Shown here piece after piece: positions 9,269 to 18,608 of a stretch of DNA of 64,000 nt. Within the stretch, counting starts at the first letter, position 1. Each line of letters begins with the position of its first letter. Under the pieces are notes generated by a model. That model made no database searches. It saw nothing but the letters and a program-made list of their open reading frames with translations, and was not told the DNA's origin. The position numbers and the translations under genes were made by a program. Source of the stretch: a virus (lineage: Duplodnaviria; Caudoviricetes); IMG/VR virus record IMGVR_UViG_2576861733_000002, positions 1-64,000 of that record; one strand, given 5' to 3'.

Positions 9269-11769
9269 TACCTCCGGTTTACTGCACTCCAGATAATTCC
9301 GCCGGGACGGACTTCGCGCTGAATACCCTCGGTGACAGACTGCTCGACAACCTGCTGATAGGCTTTCCCAATCTTCTCACCGGACGACGGCTGCTGGCCG
9401 CTGTTGTCCCCTGACGATGTCACTGAAACCGGCGCGTAAACATTCACGCCCATCGGGGAAGAAGCGATCGGTGAGGCGCTCCCGACGTATCCGCCGTTCG
9501 CATATCCCCGCATCAGGCGGTAAAGGTTACCCACACCGATTCGGCTCGTGGCTTCCTGGGTAAAAACGAACTCACCACGATGGACGATACCTGCGGGATC
9601 GTATTTACCCCCCGGCCCCGTAAACCCGCCGCCCGCAAAGCCCAGGAGCGAACCAAAGGCGGTTCCGCCCAGGGTGGATTTAACAGTGTTCAGCAACAAC
9701 ATCTGGCTGATCATCTGCGCAATCCCTTTAAGAAAGGTGGTGAGAAAATCTTTGAAGTTTGATTTACCTGTCACCAGAAAATCAGCCAGCTGCGAGGACA
9801 TCCCGGTAAAGGCGCCCTGTGAAATCTGCTGTACCTGCGAGTAGACATTCGTCGCCGTATCGGCAAATTCTGCAAAACCTTTTTTGGCCCCGGCCTGCCA
9901 GTCGCCACGTAACTTATCCTCCTCTGCGTAATAATTACGCAGCGCCACCAGCTCCTTCTGGTAATCGGCATCCGTCAGCCTGCCGCCGGAATTCAGCCAG
10001 CCACTTTCAAGCTGGGCGAATGAGGATTGTCTTGTCGCATCCTGATCGCTTAGCGTTGCTGAATTTCTCAGCGCAGCCTGTTTCGCGGACATCTGCGTGG
10101 CATATTTGCTCGCCGTGTCCATACGCTTATTCAGTTGCTCCTGAGCAACAATCTGATCGCCCAGCAACGCTTTCTGCTGTGCCAGTGCCAGAACCTGCTC
10201 CTTGCTGGCCAGCAGTGACTGTTCCTGCTTCGTCAACCGGCGCCTGCCTGCGGCGTCTTCCAGTACCGTAAATTGCGCCTCTGTGGCCCACAGGTCTTTA
10301 CGTTGCTGGCTGATGACATCGTTAATACCCTGGTGTTGTTGCAAAACCTTAAGCTGAGCCTGAAGCGCCAGCAGCTCAGCCGTGGATTTATCCTCCGCCC
10401 GATCACCGGCAGGAACGGCAGTCTTCGGCGCTTTCGGGTCTTTGTACTTCTCGTTAACAGCGGCGGTAAGTTTGTTAAATTTATCCTGCGAGATGAGTCC
10501 CTGATCCAGCTGGCGCTGATACTTCGCCTGCAGGTCATTACGGATTTGTGCGTTGGTGCGGGCGTTTTCGAGAAACTTATCCGCCTCAGTATTCGCGGCA
10601 ATCTGCTCTTTATTAAATTCCCGCGCCTCTGCCCCGATTTGCTGCACAAATCCCAGGAGCGTGTTCGCGCTTTTATTAATATTCAGCCAGTTATTTTGCG
10701 TCTGCTGCGACTGGTCATTCATCTGCTGGTTGATGGTGTCAAACACCGCAGAGCCGGTTCCGAACTGAAATGCGGGCAGTTTTGCTGTGGTTGCATTATC
10801 TGCGACATGATCGGACCAGAATTTATAATCCTTAATCTTGTTAATCAGTCCCTGCCAGTAATCCGAAAGCGTATCGATATCGCCCTTGGCATTATCAGTA
10901 AACTGCGCCTGGCTGCCGCTGAGTGAATCAATAATGAGTTTTGTTGCGCCCGCTTTATCGCCCAAATCAACCATATGTTTCACCTGCTCATACAGCGCAA
11001 GGTTGGCAAAATTATACTGGCTGTTGATGTCGATAAAGGCTTTCAGTGGATCCTGCGGAATTTTCCCGAGCTGGTTAACCAGATCCTCAACACTCTGGCC
11101 GGTGTTTTTCGACATAGTGAGCGCTGTCTGGCTCACCAGACGGATCTGCTCAATGGACAGGCCGATGCCCGTCGCCTGCGCCACCGCTGCGGCAACGGCA
11201 GATTTACTGGCGTCAGTACTTCTGACAATCGACGACGACAGGCGGGTAAGACTGTCACTGGTCTGCCCGCTGATATTCCCGGTGCGGGCCAGCGCCTGAT
11301 TATAGGCGGTGGACTGCTGGCTGCTCCGGTACAGATCCAGTGCCAGCAATCCGACGCCGGTAGCCAGCGCGCCAATACCGAGCGTGACGGGGTTGATCAG
11401 GCCGACCAGTGTGCGAAGGTAATCGCCGACGCCCGTCAGCGCCCCGCGCACGGAACCAAACTGGTCTTTGATCTGCCCGCCCTGCTGTAAAAGGATCAGA
11501 AAGGGCGACTGCCCGCCAGCGAGCTGCGTTGCAATGTCCGTAAACTGCGCCGGCAGGCTCCTCATGGCGGCATTATACTGCCCCACGGATACCCCGGCTT
11601 TCCTGGCTGAAATTTCCTGCCGACTGAATGCCTGCTGAACCTGCAACGCCGCATCATTAGCTGCATCGCCCGTCCCTTTTAGCTGACGGCGGGTGTAATT
11701 CACCTGCTCGGTAAATTTCGCATTATCAATATCAAGACTGACAACGAGATCACCCACTGGCTGGGCCAT
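9268..11769 (-). CDS. Tail tape measure protein H
   Basis: LPAQFTDIATQLAGGQSP and FAGGGFTGPGGKYDPAGIVH motifs; start taken as MAQPVG. Confidence 0.93.
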   Translation of the reverse strand: MAQPVGDLVVSLDIDNAKFTEQVNYTRRQLKGTGDAANDAALQVQQAFSRQEISARKAGVSVGQYNAAMRSLPAQFTDIATQLAGGQSPFLILLQQGGQIKDQFGSVRGALTGVGDYLRTLVGLINPVTLGIGALATGVGLLALDLYRSSQQSTAYNQALARTGNISGQTSDSLTRLSSSIVRSTDASKSAVAAAVAQATGIGLSIEQIRLVSQTALTMSKNTGQSVEDLVNQLGKIPQDPLKAFIDINSQYNFANLALYEQVKHMVDLGDKAGATKLIIDSLSGSQAQFTDNAKGDIDTLSDYWQGLINKIKDYKFWSDHVADNATTAKLPAFQFGTGSAVFDTINQQMNDQSQQTQNNWLNINKSANTLLGFVQQIGAEAREFNKEQIAANTEADKFLENARTNAQIRNDLQAKYQRQLDQGLISQDKFNKLTAAVNEKYKDPKAPKTAVPAGDRAEDKSTAELLALQAQLKVLQQHQGINDVISQQRKDLWATEAQFTVLEDAAGRRRLTKQEQSLLASKEQVLALAQQKALLGDQIVAQEQLNKRMDTASKYATQMSAKQAALRNSATLSDQDATRQSSFAQLESGWLNSGGRLTDADYQKELVALRNYYAEEDKLRGDWQAGAKKGFAEFADTATNVYSQVQQISQGAFTGMSSQLADFLVTGKSNFKDFLTTFLKGIAQMISQMLLLNTVKSTLGGTAFGSLLGFAGGGFTGPGGKYDPAGIVHRGEFVFTQEATSRIGVGNLYRLMRGYANGGYVGSASPIASSPMGVNVYAPVSVTSSGDNSGQQPSSGEKIGKAYQQVVEQSVTEGIQREVRPGGIIWSAVNRR

Positions 11770-12061
11770 AGCGTTTTCCTCCGGATATCCCCTCCGCAAG
11801 ATGCATCATTGTTTCGCCATCCTGTTCAGGGACAGATTTTAGGGGGTTAAGAAGACTGAAATCAGCAGGGGTAAGACCGTGGTCTTTGCACATCATTCCG
11901 ACGACAAGATGGCTCAGGCAGGCGAAGTGGTTATCGAGCAGATCATTACTGAAAAGCTGAACGCGGTAAAAATCCCCCCACTCTGCCAGTTCAGTGGAAG
12001 ACATTGCAGAAAGCATCGCGCGCCAGTCCGGCCTGCCAAACTCGCGCGCCAGCTTCATCAC
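11750..12061 (-). CDS. Tail assembly chaperone T (C-terminal part of the G-T frameshift product)
   Basis: KLAREFGRPDWRAML motif of lambda gpT; in the -1 frame relative to G. Confidence 0.88.
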   Translation of the reverse strand: MMKLAREFGRPDWRAMLSAMSSTELAEWGDFYRVQLFSNDLLDNHFACLSHLVVGMMCKDHGLTPADFSLLNPLKSVPEQDGETMMHLAEGISGGKRYGPASG

Positions 12062-12066
12062 GAAAT

Positions 12067-12474
12067 TCAGCTCACTGGCGTGGACTTTTCCGGTGTGGCG
12101 CTTTCTTCCCCGACGGACTCATCCTCATCAGCGGCTTCCTTTGCAGGGGGAAGCATCTGCGACATCTCCAGCACAACAAATTCTGCCTGGCTGATTGCCG
12201 GAAGCGGCCATGTGGACATCACCTGCTGCTGCAGCTCATCAACCGACGGGCCAGTGATATTGGCCTGCCAGCGTGACATGGCCACCAGCCTGGACGCGAC
12301 TTTTACGCCGACAATGGAAGCCATCTGTGTGCGCAGGGCTTCATCACCATCAGCCGGGATCTCTTTTGAGACGGTGGCGAGATAGCCAATATACTCAATG
12401 CGCTGAAGTGCGGAGAGCTCATAGAGAACGGTCTCTTCGCCGTTGAACTCAAATTTTACAGTTTTCAGAAACAT
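12067..12474 (-). CDS. Tail assembly chaperone G
   Basis: MFLK...LYELSALQRIEY motif. Confidence 0.9.
   Translation of the reverse strand: MFLKTVKFEFNGEETVLYELSALQRIEYIGYLATVSKEIPADGDEALRTQMASIVGVKVASRLVAMSRWQANITGPSVDELQQQVMSTWPLPAISQAEFVVLEMSQMLPPAKEAADEDESVGEESATPEKSTPVS
12085..12091 (-). other. Putative -1 ribosomal frameshift site G GAA AAG (G to G-T)
   Basis: A -1 shift at CCG GAA AAG reads KVHASELNFVMKLAREFG, continuous with the T frame; analogous to lambda GGGAAAG. Confidence 0.75.
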
Positions 12475-12509
12475 GGATTACTCCGTGGGCGGGGCGTATG
12501 CCCCGGTGA

Positions 12510-13244
12510 TCAGGAAACGACAATCTCGAGTTGCGCGACAAGCTGACCGTCGTTGGTCATCACGATGATGTCCGCCGTACCGGCCGATTCGCCATTATAA
12601 GTGAGTGTTGAGCCATCTGCGGTAACCGACACGATGGCCGGATTACTGGAGGCGACACGGAAGGATTTATCCGTGGCGCCAGCCGGTGCGACAGTAACCG
12701 TCGCGGTGCCGCTATCCCCCACATTAATGGCATCAGTGGTCTTATCCATCGTCACGCCGGTGACGGTGACAACAGGATCACGCTGGTCTTCCGCCAGAGA
12801 CGGTTTACCGTTATTGGTGATTTTCGCCGTGCGGGTAATGACTTCGTTGGAGGGAATAGCCTTGCCAAGGCTGCTGGCCCACCCTTTGAACACGTCAACA
12901 GTCCCGTTGGGATACTTAATTTTGTAGGCGCGCTCTTCACCGTTGTTAAACCAGTTAACCAGATCCTGTTGTCCGGATTCTCCCGGCTTCCAGGCCAGCG
13001 TAAAACTGGTATCACCGGCTGATTTTGTTCCCTGCGCCGTGGACGACCAGTCGGCATCCTCATCATCGAGGTAACTGTCGTCGTAGGACTCTGCCGTCAT
13101 ATCGCCAGGCGTCAGCTCTTTAATTTTCGCCAGCCGGGTCCAGTCGATATCGGACAGCGGATTGGCGTAGGGGTCGCCGATCCCGTTATAGATCCACAGC
13201 GTTGTACCGGCCCCCTTAACCGGTTCAGTAGGCGATTTCGCCAT
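12510..13244 (-). CDS. Major tail tube protein V with Ig-like C-terminal domain
   Basis: [38 protein letters not shown] motifs. Confidence 0.95.
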   Translation of the reverse strand: MAKSPTEPVKGAGTTLWIYNGIGDPYANPLSDIDWTRLAKIKELTPGDMTAESYDDSYLDDEDADWSSTAQGTKSAGDTSFTLAWKPGESGQQDLVNWFNNGEERAYKIKYPNGTVDVFKGWASSLGKAIPSNEVITRTAKITNNGKPSLAEDQRDPVVTVTGVTMDKTTDAINVGDSGTATVTVAPAGATDKSFRVASSNPAIVSVTADGSTLTYNGESAGTADIIVMTNDGQLVAQLEIVVS

Positions 13245-13254
13245 AATTCAGTCC

Positions 13255-13653
13255 TCACATTTGGTAGGTAATTGAATATCTGAGATCAACCGATCCCCAG
13301 GTCGTGGCTTCATCATCACGCTGATAGTCATAGCCGACCGGCGATAACGTTTCGGTAAGCGACTCAAGCGCCGGAATATCAGCCATCACAGGATGAATGC
13401 GGCTTTCAACCCAGGTGTCCAGAGCGGTGTCGGGCTCTGTTGCCTTCAGAAATACCTCGATATGCAGCTCCGCACTCCACATCTCGCCATCCAGCTGCGA
13501 CTCTGAGCACTCGGCACCGGAGATATACACAGCGATCGCAGGCAAATCAGTGGCGTCAATAAAGGCGGGCCGCCCGTCAAAAAACGTCGTGCCGGATGGT
13601 GCTTTCTCCCTGAGAGCGGTAATGACCGAAGAACGGATTTCGGTATGAATCAT
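13255..13653 (-). CDS. Tail terminator U
   Basis: HTEIR...FFDGRP...YDYQRDDE...ITYQM. Confidence 0.92.
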   Translation of the reverse strand: MIHTEIRSSVITALREKAPSGTTFFDGRPAFIDATDLPAIAVYISGAECSESQLDGEMWSAELHIEVFLKATEPDTALDTWVESRIHPVMADIPALESLTETLSPVGYDYQRDDEATTWGSVDLRYSITYQM

Positions 13654-14201
13654 TTGAGAATGAGCCTCAGCTGGTTTTTGAGTGCGGCTGCCATCTCCTT
13701 CGGCAGATCCGATTCATGCAGTGCACGGACCTCCCTGCCAAAGGCATCAGTCAGTGGAGCCGCGAGGGGGATGCTGACCACCTCTATCGGGTAACGGTTT
13801 TTCGTTGTACGCCTCAGCACATGCCAGCGACCGTTAGCGAGTTGCTGGATAAAGGCACCCGGAAACGAATATTTCCCGATCCGGAGAATGCTGCTGGCCC
13901 CACGGGAATCCTTTTTACTGCGGGACAAACGCACGCTGGCAGTACCCAGTTTGATGGCAGGCAAATTGCCACGGTTGACACGGATGGTCGCCACGGGCTT
14001 CCGGACGGTGGCTTTTTTGACGCGGGCGCGTTGTTTGATAAGCTTCAGGGGAAGCTTCTCAGCGGCGGCCACGGTCCTGACACTACGGGATACAGCCCGT
14101 GAAGCAATACGGTTAACCGCCTGGGCAGATGCACGCGGAACGGCAGTTTTGCTGATGCTCTCCAGATTTTGTATCGCCTGCTCAAGCCCTCTGATGGACA
14201 T
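13650..14201 (-). CDS. Minor tail protein Z
   Basis: AVPRASAQAVNR, VNRGNLPAIKLG, RYPIEVV motifs. Confidence 0.92.
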   Translation of the reverse strand: MSIRGLEQAIQNLESISKTAVPRASAQAVNRIASRAVSRSVRTVAAAEKLPLKLIKQRARVKKATVRKPVATIRVNRGNLPAIKLGTASVRLSRSKKDSRGASSILRIGKYSFPGAFIQQLANGRWHVLRRTTKNRYPIEVVSIPLAAPLTDAFGREVRALHESDLPKEMAAALKNQLRLILK

Positions 14202-14210
14202 TTGCGCCTC

Positions 14211-14486
14211 CTACTCAATCCAGATTTGCGGCTTGTTATTGAAGGCCTGGTGACGGGTAACGCGGTATTGCTCTCCTCTCCAGGTAACAACATCGTCGCG
14301 CCGGGGCTGATACTGGTCGCTGAACACAACCAGTGAAAGCCCCTCGCCCAGCACCGGCCCCATCTCCGCCACAAACTGGCTTTCAACCGCATCATAATCG
14401 TTGCCATTGATGGTGACAGTCCGGCCCATTTGCCGGGTGGTCGCCGCATCCATGCGCGCCACCATCTGATCAAAGGGATTAGACAT
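14211..14486 (-). CDS. Head-tail joining protein (gpFII-like)
   Basis: MSNPFDQMVARMD start; positioned before Z. Confidence 0.75.
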   Translation of the reverse strand: MSNPFDQMVARMDAATTRQMGRTVTINGNDYDAVESQFVAEMGPVLGEGLSLVVFSDQYQPRRDDVVTWRGEQYRVTRHQAFNNKPQIWIE

Positions 14487-14802
14487 TAATGCTGACCAGC
14501 ACGGTCGTACTGCCAGCCCCGGCAGGCTCCCATGCCTTACCGGCCAGTACTGCACTGGCTTCATCCAGCTGGATCTGGCCGTCTTTCAGATAAACCGCTT
14601 TGCCCTGGGCGATATCGTCAGCCGCCAGTTTGGGCAACGCCATCACCCCCTTTGCACAGCCATCACCCGTTTCACCAGGTTTAATCGTGGTGATGGCCAC
14701 AGCAACCATGTCACCAACGGTAACCGGCGCGCCACTGAGAATGGCATCCGCCCCACTGTTGGTTATCGAAATGGTGTGTCCATCCTGAATATGATTTTTC
14801 AT
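14479..14802 (-). CDS. Capsid cement/decoration protein (DUF2190-like)
   Basis: MKNHIQDG...LPKLAADDI...AGKAW; follows the capsid gene. Confidence 0.8.
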   Translation of the reverse strand: MKNHIQDGHTISITNSGADAILSGAPVTVGDMVAVAITTIKPGETGDGCAKGVMALPKLAADDIAQGKAVYLKDGQIQLDEASAVLAGKAWEPAGAGSTTVLVSINV

Positions 14803-14882
14803 AAAGGTTCTCCACGGCTCCGGGTGGAGCCGTATTGCAGGCATAAAAAAAGCCCTGACGGGCCGGGGAGTTTTAAACGTGG

Positions 14883-16535
14883 TTATTTACCGGAAGACTT
14901 CACCAGGCCGCGATAATCCAGCGGTGCCACACCGGCATCGATGCGGACCTTGTTGACGATACCGTCAGAGGTGAAGCCTTCCATCTGGTCAAGGTACGGC
15001 GTGTCCACACCATTGAGATACGCCACTTCGATGGTGTCTGTCCCCTGTGCAGATGCCAGATACCACGCAGCTTTATCCGCATCATCAAGACGGGGCTCGC
15101 CAACAATGTCGGCGAAATTCTGCAACGGGTTATTTACCCCGGAGTTGGCATCGGCACCTTTAACGCTGGACGATCGAATCGTCTGGCTGGCGAGCGTTTC
15201 CAGAGCCGTCGGCACAAGCAGGAATGCCGGGCGGATATTCAGTGAATGTTTCGACTCGCTGTCTTTCTGGGTACGCATCAACTGGCGGGCCGCATCAAGG
15301 CTCGTGATACTGATAGCGCCTGTGCTCAGGTTATTGTGGTCGGAGTGGAACAGCGCAACGCCATCCGAAAGTTTCGGGTTCGACGTCAGTACCTTATAAA
15401 CCAGATCACCGATGGTGGATTTCGCCGCGCGCCCCATTTTTTCCGGAATGCCCGTGAGCTGGTTCAGATCGTCATTGATAATCGCCTGGCGGGTAATGGA
15501 GAAAAGCTTACCGTAGGTCGCCAGCGCAATCGGCTCGCCCCGGTCGCTGGTCGTGCCGTATTTATATTCAGCACCTTCGCGAACCTGCGGTAGCGCAGAA
15601 ATATCATTGAGGCCGACGCGGTGAGACACTTTGAAGTCGGACAAGTCCCCCTTTTTCGTCCAGAGCTGGAAGGTTTCTTCGGACGCAGCCCATCCCGCCA
15701 GCAGCGACTTGTGCGCGACATCCAGCAGGATGTTACCAAAGTCAGAAGTGCTGTGAGTAAAGGCCATCCCCACCATCTGCATCGGATTCAGGGACGCAAC
15801 ACCCACACCACGCTCAGTCAGCGACATGCGCGCCAGCTCACGCAGTGTCATGCCGTTGAACACATTTTCATTATCACGTTTTTCGTATCCGGCGCGTACC
15901 ATCAGCGCCTGACGCACGCCGTCACCCACAAAATTGCCGTTCCCGGCATAGATATGTGCGGGTGCCGTTTTGTTGGAGGGGGTGGCGGTTTTTCCCAGCT
16001 CGGCCAGCAGCAGGTCTTTGGCCTGCTCGACGGAACATTCAGGATCCGAAACACATCTGGCCTGAAGCTCCTGGTGTTTACCGCCAAACATCGCGAAAAG
16101 ATCGCCGATACCGTTAACACGGGCTTTCTGCTCCGCGAGCACCTGCGCACGAATGGCCGTTTCGTCAGCGACCGCAGGGGCTGACGGGGTGTTTTGCGGT
16201 GCAGGATTTTCGCGCTGAGCGCTGTTGCGCGGCGGCGCGATCATATTACGAATGCTGCTTGGCATCTTTTCAAATTCCTCAATACGTTTGGAATGGATAC
16301 AGGCCATCGCCTGCAATGACGGGGTTACCTGATCGGCGAAACCGAGGGCAAGGCACTCCGTACCATCCATCCAGGTTTCATCTTCCAGTAAGGCGGCGAT
16401 CTCCTCACTGGATTTGCCAGTTTTCTGTGCATAAGCCGGAATAAGCACGGATTCGACCTTATCAAGCAGGTCAGCGTAATCGCGCATATCGTTGGCATCA
16501 CCCCCTGCAAAGCCCCAGGGCTTATGGATCATCAT
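14883..16535 (-). pseudogene. 3' part of the helper ClpP-protease/major capsid fusion gene (interrupted by the satellite)
   Basis: Begins MMIHKPWG and continues into scaffold and capsid (HSTSDFGNILL...VRIDAGVAPLDYRGLVK); its 5' part is at 27273-27644. Confidence 0.92.
16524..16535. repeat. Satellite att core, copy 1 (ATGGATCATCAT)
   Basis: Identical to 27273-27284; the minus strand encodes M-M-I-H. Confidence 0.92.
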
Positions 16536-16607
16536 GCAATACAATGAATATATCTCGTTGATTCTTAATAATTAAAAAAACCAAAGAGAAATCATAGGAA
16601 TTAGGTC

Positions 16608-16626
16608 GCAATACACATTGCAATAC
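16608..16626. repeat. Putative integrase arm-type sites GCAATACACATTGCAATAC
   Basis: Identical 19-mer at 27123-27141, near the other end of the satellite. Confidence 0.7.
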
Positions 16627-16978
16627 TTGGTTTTACCGATGCTTATGTCAGATGAAGCCCTGTGGCGAGAGTCAGTTGTAACCGGAAGGATAAAGGTCAA
16701 AAGTAAAATCAGAATTCTGCTAGGTCAGGCTGATGCAAATAGCATCCGATGCATCGCAAGTTGCGTACATATCGTTCTATAATGAAAAAAATTTCTAACT
16801 AACTTTATCAAGCGCAAGTGTAGGTGATGACAACAATGCAACGCGCATCACGCCCATACTTGAGTTGTAAAGCTATCGTTAGAATTACAACCTCTTTGTT
16901 ACGCTGATCTTTCGATAAACTTCGTAGCAAAATGGTAAAATTAATAGAATTTTCAGACGCTGGCGCGGGGTGGTAAAA

Positions 16979-17281
16979 ATGAAATTTGTAAATATACACT
17001 CGTCTGAGTTGCCTGAAATTGATACATTTGTTAAAGAATGTATCAACCAAGGACAATGGACCCTGTTTAAGGCTGAGAAAGGCGTTATTAGTGATACAAA
17101 AGTCGCTTTCTTCCTGAAAGCCGGCAAAGACTTTTTTGCGTTGAATAAAGAAGGCAGAGTAATTTCTGTTTTTCAATCATTAGATTATAATATTGAAATG
17201 AATGAGGTAATTCATTTTTCAGATATACCCAAACCTGAATCATTAAGTAATATTGCCAACTTGGGATTCGCAAGAGTTTAA
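16979..17281 (+). CDS. Hypothetical protein, partner of the caspase-like protease
   Basis: Low-GC ORF of about 100 aa ending 18 bp before the next gene. Confidence 0.7.
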   Translation: MKFVNIHSSELPEIDTFVKECINQGQWTLFKAEKGVISDTKVAFFLKAGKDFFALNKEGRVISVFQSLDYNIEMNEVIHFSDIPKPESLSNIANLGFARV

Positions 17282-17299
17282 TACTTAAGGATATGTAAA

Positions 17300-18190
17300 A
17301 TGGGATTAATATCTGGAAACACGCATTGGATATTATTTCTACCTTGCCAGAACCAACCAGAAGATCGCCATGTTCAAGATTTAGTTCATGGCGTTTTTTG
17401 TTTAGAATTATCTGGCATCCAACCCGTTGACATTAGCATTTACATTGACGGACAAAATAGAAATAACTTTAATAAGTTAATTTCAATCGGGACTCAACAT
17501 ACCTATCAAATTAAAACAACTTCTGATTTTTTCGCTGATTGCGATAATAACAATTATGAAAGTATGGTGATGTTTGTTACCGGTCACGGTAGTATGAATG
17601 GTTTGGACTCTGCTCCGATCATAACACCGTATCGTTTATTAGATAGGTTAAAAACCACGCCCAATCTAAAGCAAGCTATTGTTTATCTTGGACAATGCTT
17701 TGCAGGGGTTTTCAATTATTTACCAGCCGGACAACGTAAGAAAGGTGAAGAAGTAGATCCTGATGTAATTTTCATCGGGGCTACGAGTCTTCACGAAAGC
17801 TTAAGCAACCCTACAACGGAAAATATTAATGGTATAGATTATCCATGGGTTGCAAATCAATTCCTGTATCATGTATTCAAATGGATATCATCCCCGCACG
17901 ATATTGATGGTGATGGAAAAAACACTGTCATTGATTCTTATAAGTATGCTGGTATTTCTTCAAATATGACAAACCGTAGAATGAAGATAGGTTCTTTTGT
18001 GGCATCGGTAGACTTGCATGAACAATGGAATGCGGCCAAAAGAGATCATGAGGCAAATCTTGCTGATCCTCAAAAACTCCTGCTCTACAAAGCGTTAGAT
18101 CAGCAGTATTACGAAAAGTTGAACATCAACTATATTCATCAAGAATGTTGGATATTGAATTCAGTCCCTGCTCAATCTATAGAATTTTAA
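17300..18190 (+). CDS. Clan CD cysteine protease (legumain C13/caspase-like)
   Basis: RHVQD, MFVTGHG (His), VYLGQCFAG (Cys), IFIGAT strand and DIDGDG loop. Confidence 0.78.
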   Translation: MGLISGNTHWILFLPCQNQPEDRHVQDLVHGVFCLELSGIQPVDISIYIDGQNRNNFNKLISIGTQHTYQIKTTSDFFADCDNNNYESMVMFVTGHGSMNGLDSAPIITPYRLLDRLKTTPNLKQAIVYLGQCFAGVFNYLPAGQRKKGEEVDPDVIFIGATSLHESLSNPTTENINGIDYPWVANQFLYHVFKWISSPHDIDGDGKNTVIDSYKYAGISSNMTNRRMKIGSFVASVDLHEQWNAAKRDHEANLADPQKLLLYKALDQQYYEKLNINYIHQECWILNSVPAQSIEF

Positions 18191-18367
18191 TTAATTGCCT
18201 CGCTTACAATATATCGCTGCAAGTGCCGTTTTCAGCTCGTAATAACGGCACCTAGAGCTACTCTCGGGCATAGGGTCGATGTTTGATAGTCGTTTCGCTA
18301 TCGTTTGCCTATGAAAACCGGTTACTTCGGCCAGCTCGCTTACATTTAGTATTATCTTTTTTTTCAT
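18191..18367 (-). CDS. Truncated small-terminase DNA-binding-domain homolog (Rpp-like)
   Basis: LNVSELAEVTGFHRQTIAKRL aligns with helper TerS LNINQLAGITGAHRQTVAARL; only 58 aa; directly downstream of the satellite cos. Confidence 0.8.
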   Translation of the reverse strand: MKKKIILNVSELAEVTGFHRQTIAKRLSNIDPMPESSSRCRYYELKTALAAIYCKRGN

Positions 18368-18439
18368 CAATCTAACCTCTGGATGTCGAACAAATAACAC
18401 ACAATCCATCATCTTCTAAATGAGAGCAAAAATAAAAGA

Positions 18440-18570
18440 CTTTAAAATCAGCAGATTGCCAGATGATGATGATGACCATGAATATAGAAAACTAGCCGTT
18501 TCCCGCGCGTGCGCCGCCCCGTGGATGGGCTCCCCAAGGGGAGGACCCATAAATGAGAATTATTATCATG
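18440..18570 (-). other. Satellite cos site (cosQ GGGTCCT 18542-18548; cosN 12-mer GGGCGGCGCACG 18508-18519; cosB-like region)
   Basis: Matches the lambda cosQ/cosN layout and is paralogous to the helper cos at 31950-32075. Confidence 0.85.
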
Positions 18571-18608
18571 TATTCAGTGACGACCGAATCCGCCAGCACG
18601 CGCGGTCA

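Noticed and set aside
14883-16544. 553-aa ORF as a complete stand-alone major capsid gene
   Set aside because: It starts mid-protease domain at the att junction and lacks the catalytic Ser region; it is the 3' half of the split gene.
18550-18570. Fur-box-like AATGAGAATTATTATCAT beside the satellite cos (similar at about 32054-32072)
   Set aside because: A similar AT-rich element lies beside lambda cosQ, so it is more simply part of the cos region; there is no evidence for iron regulation.
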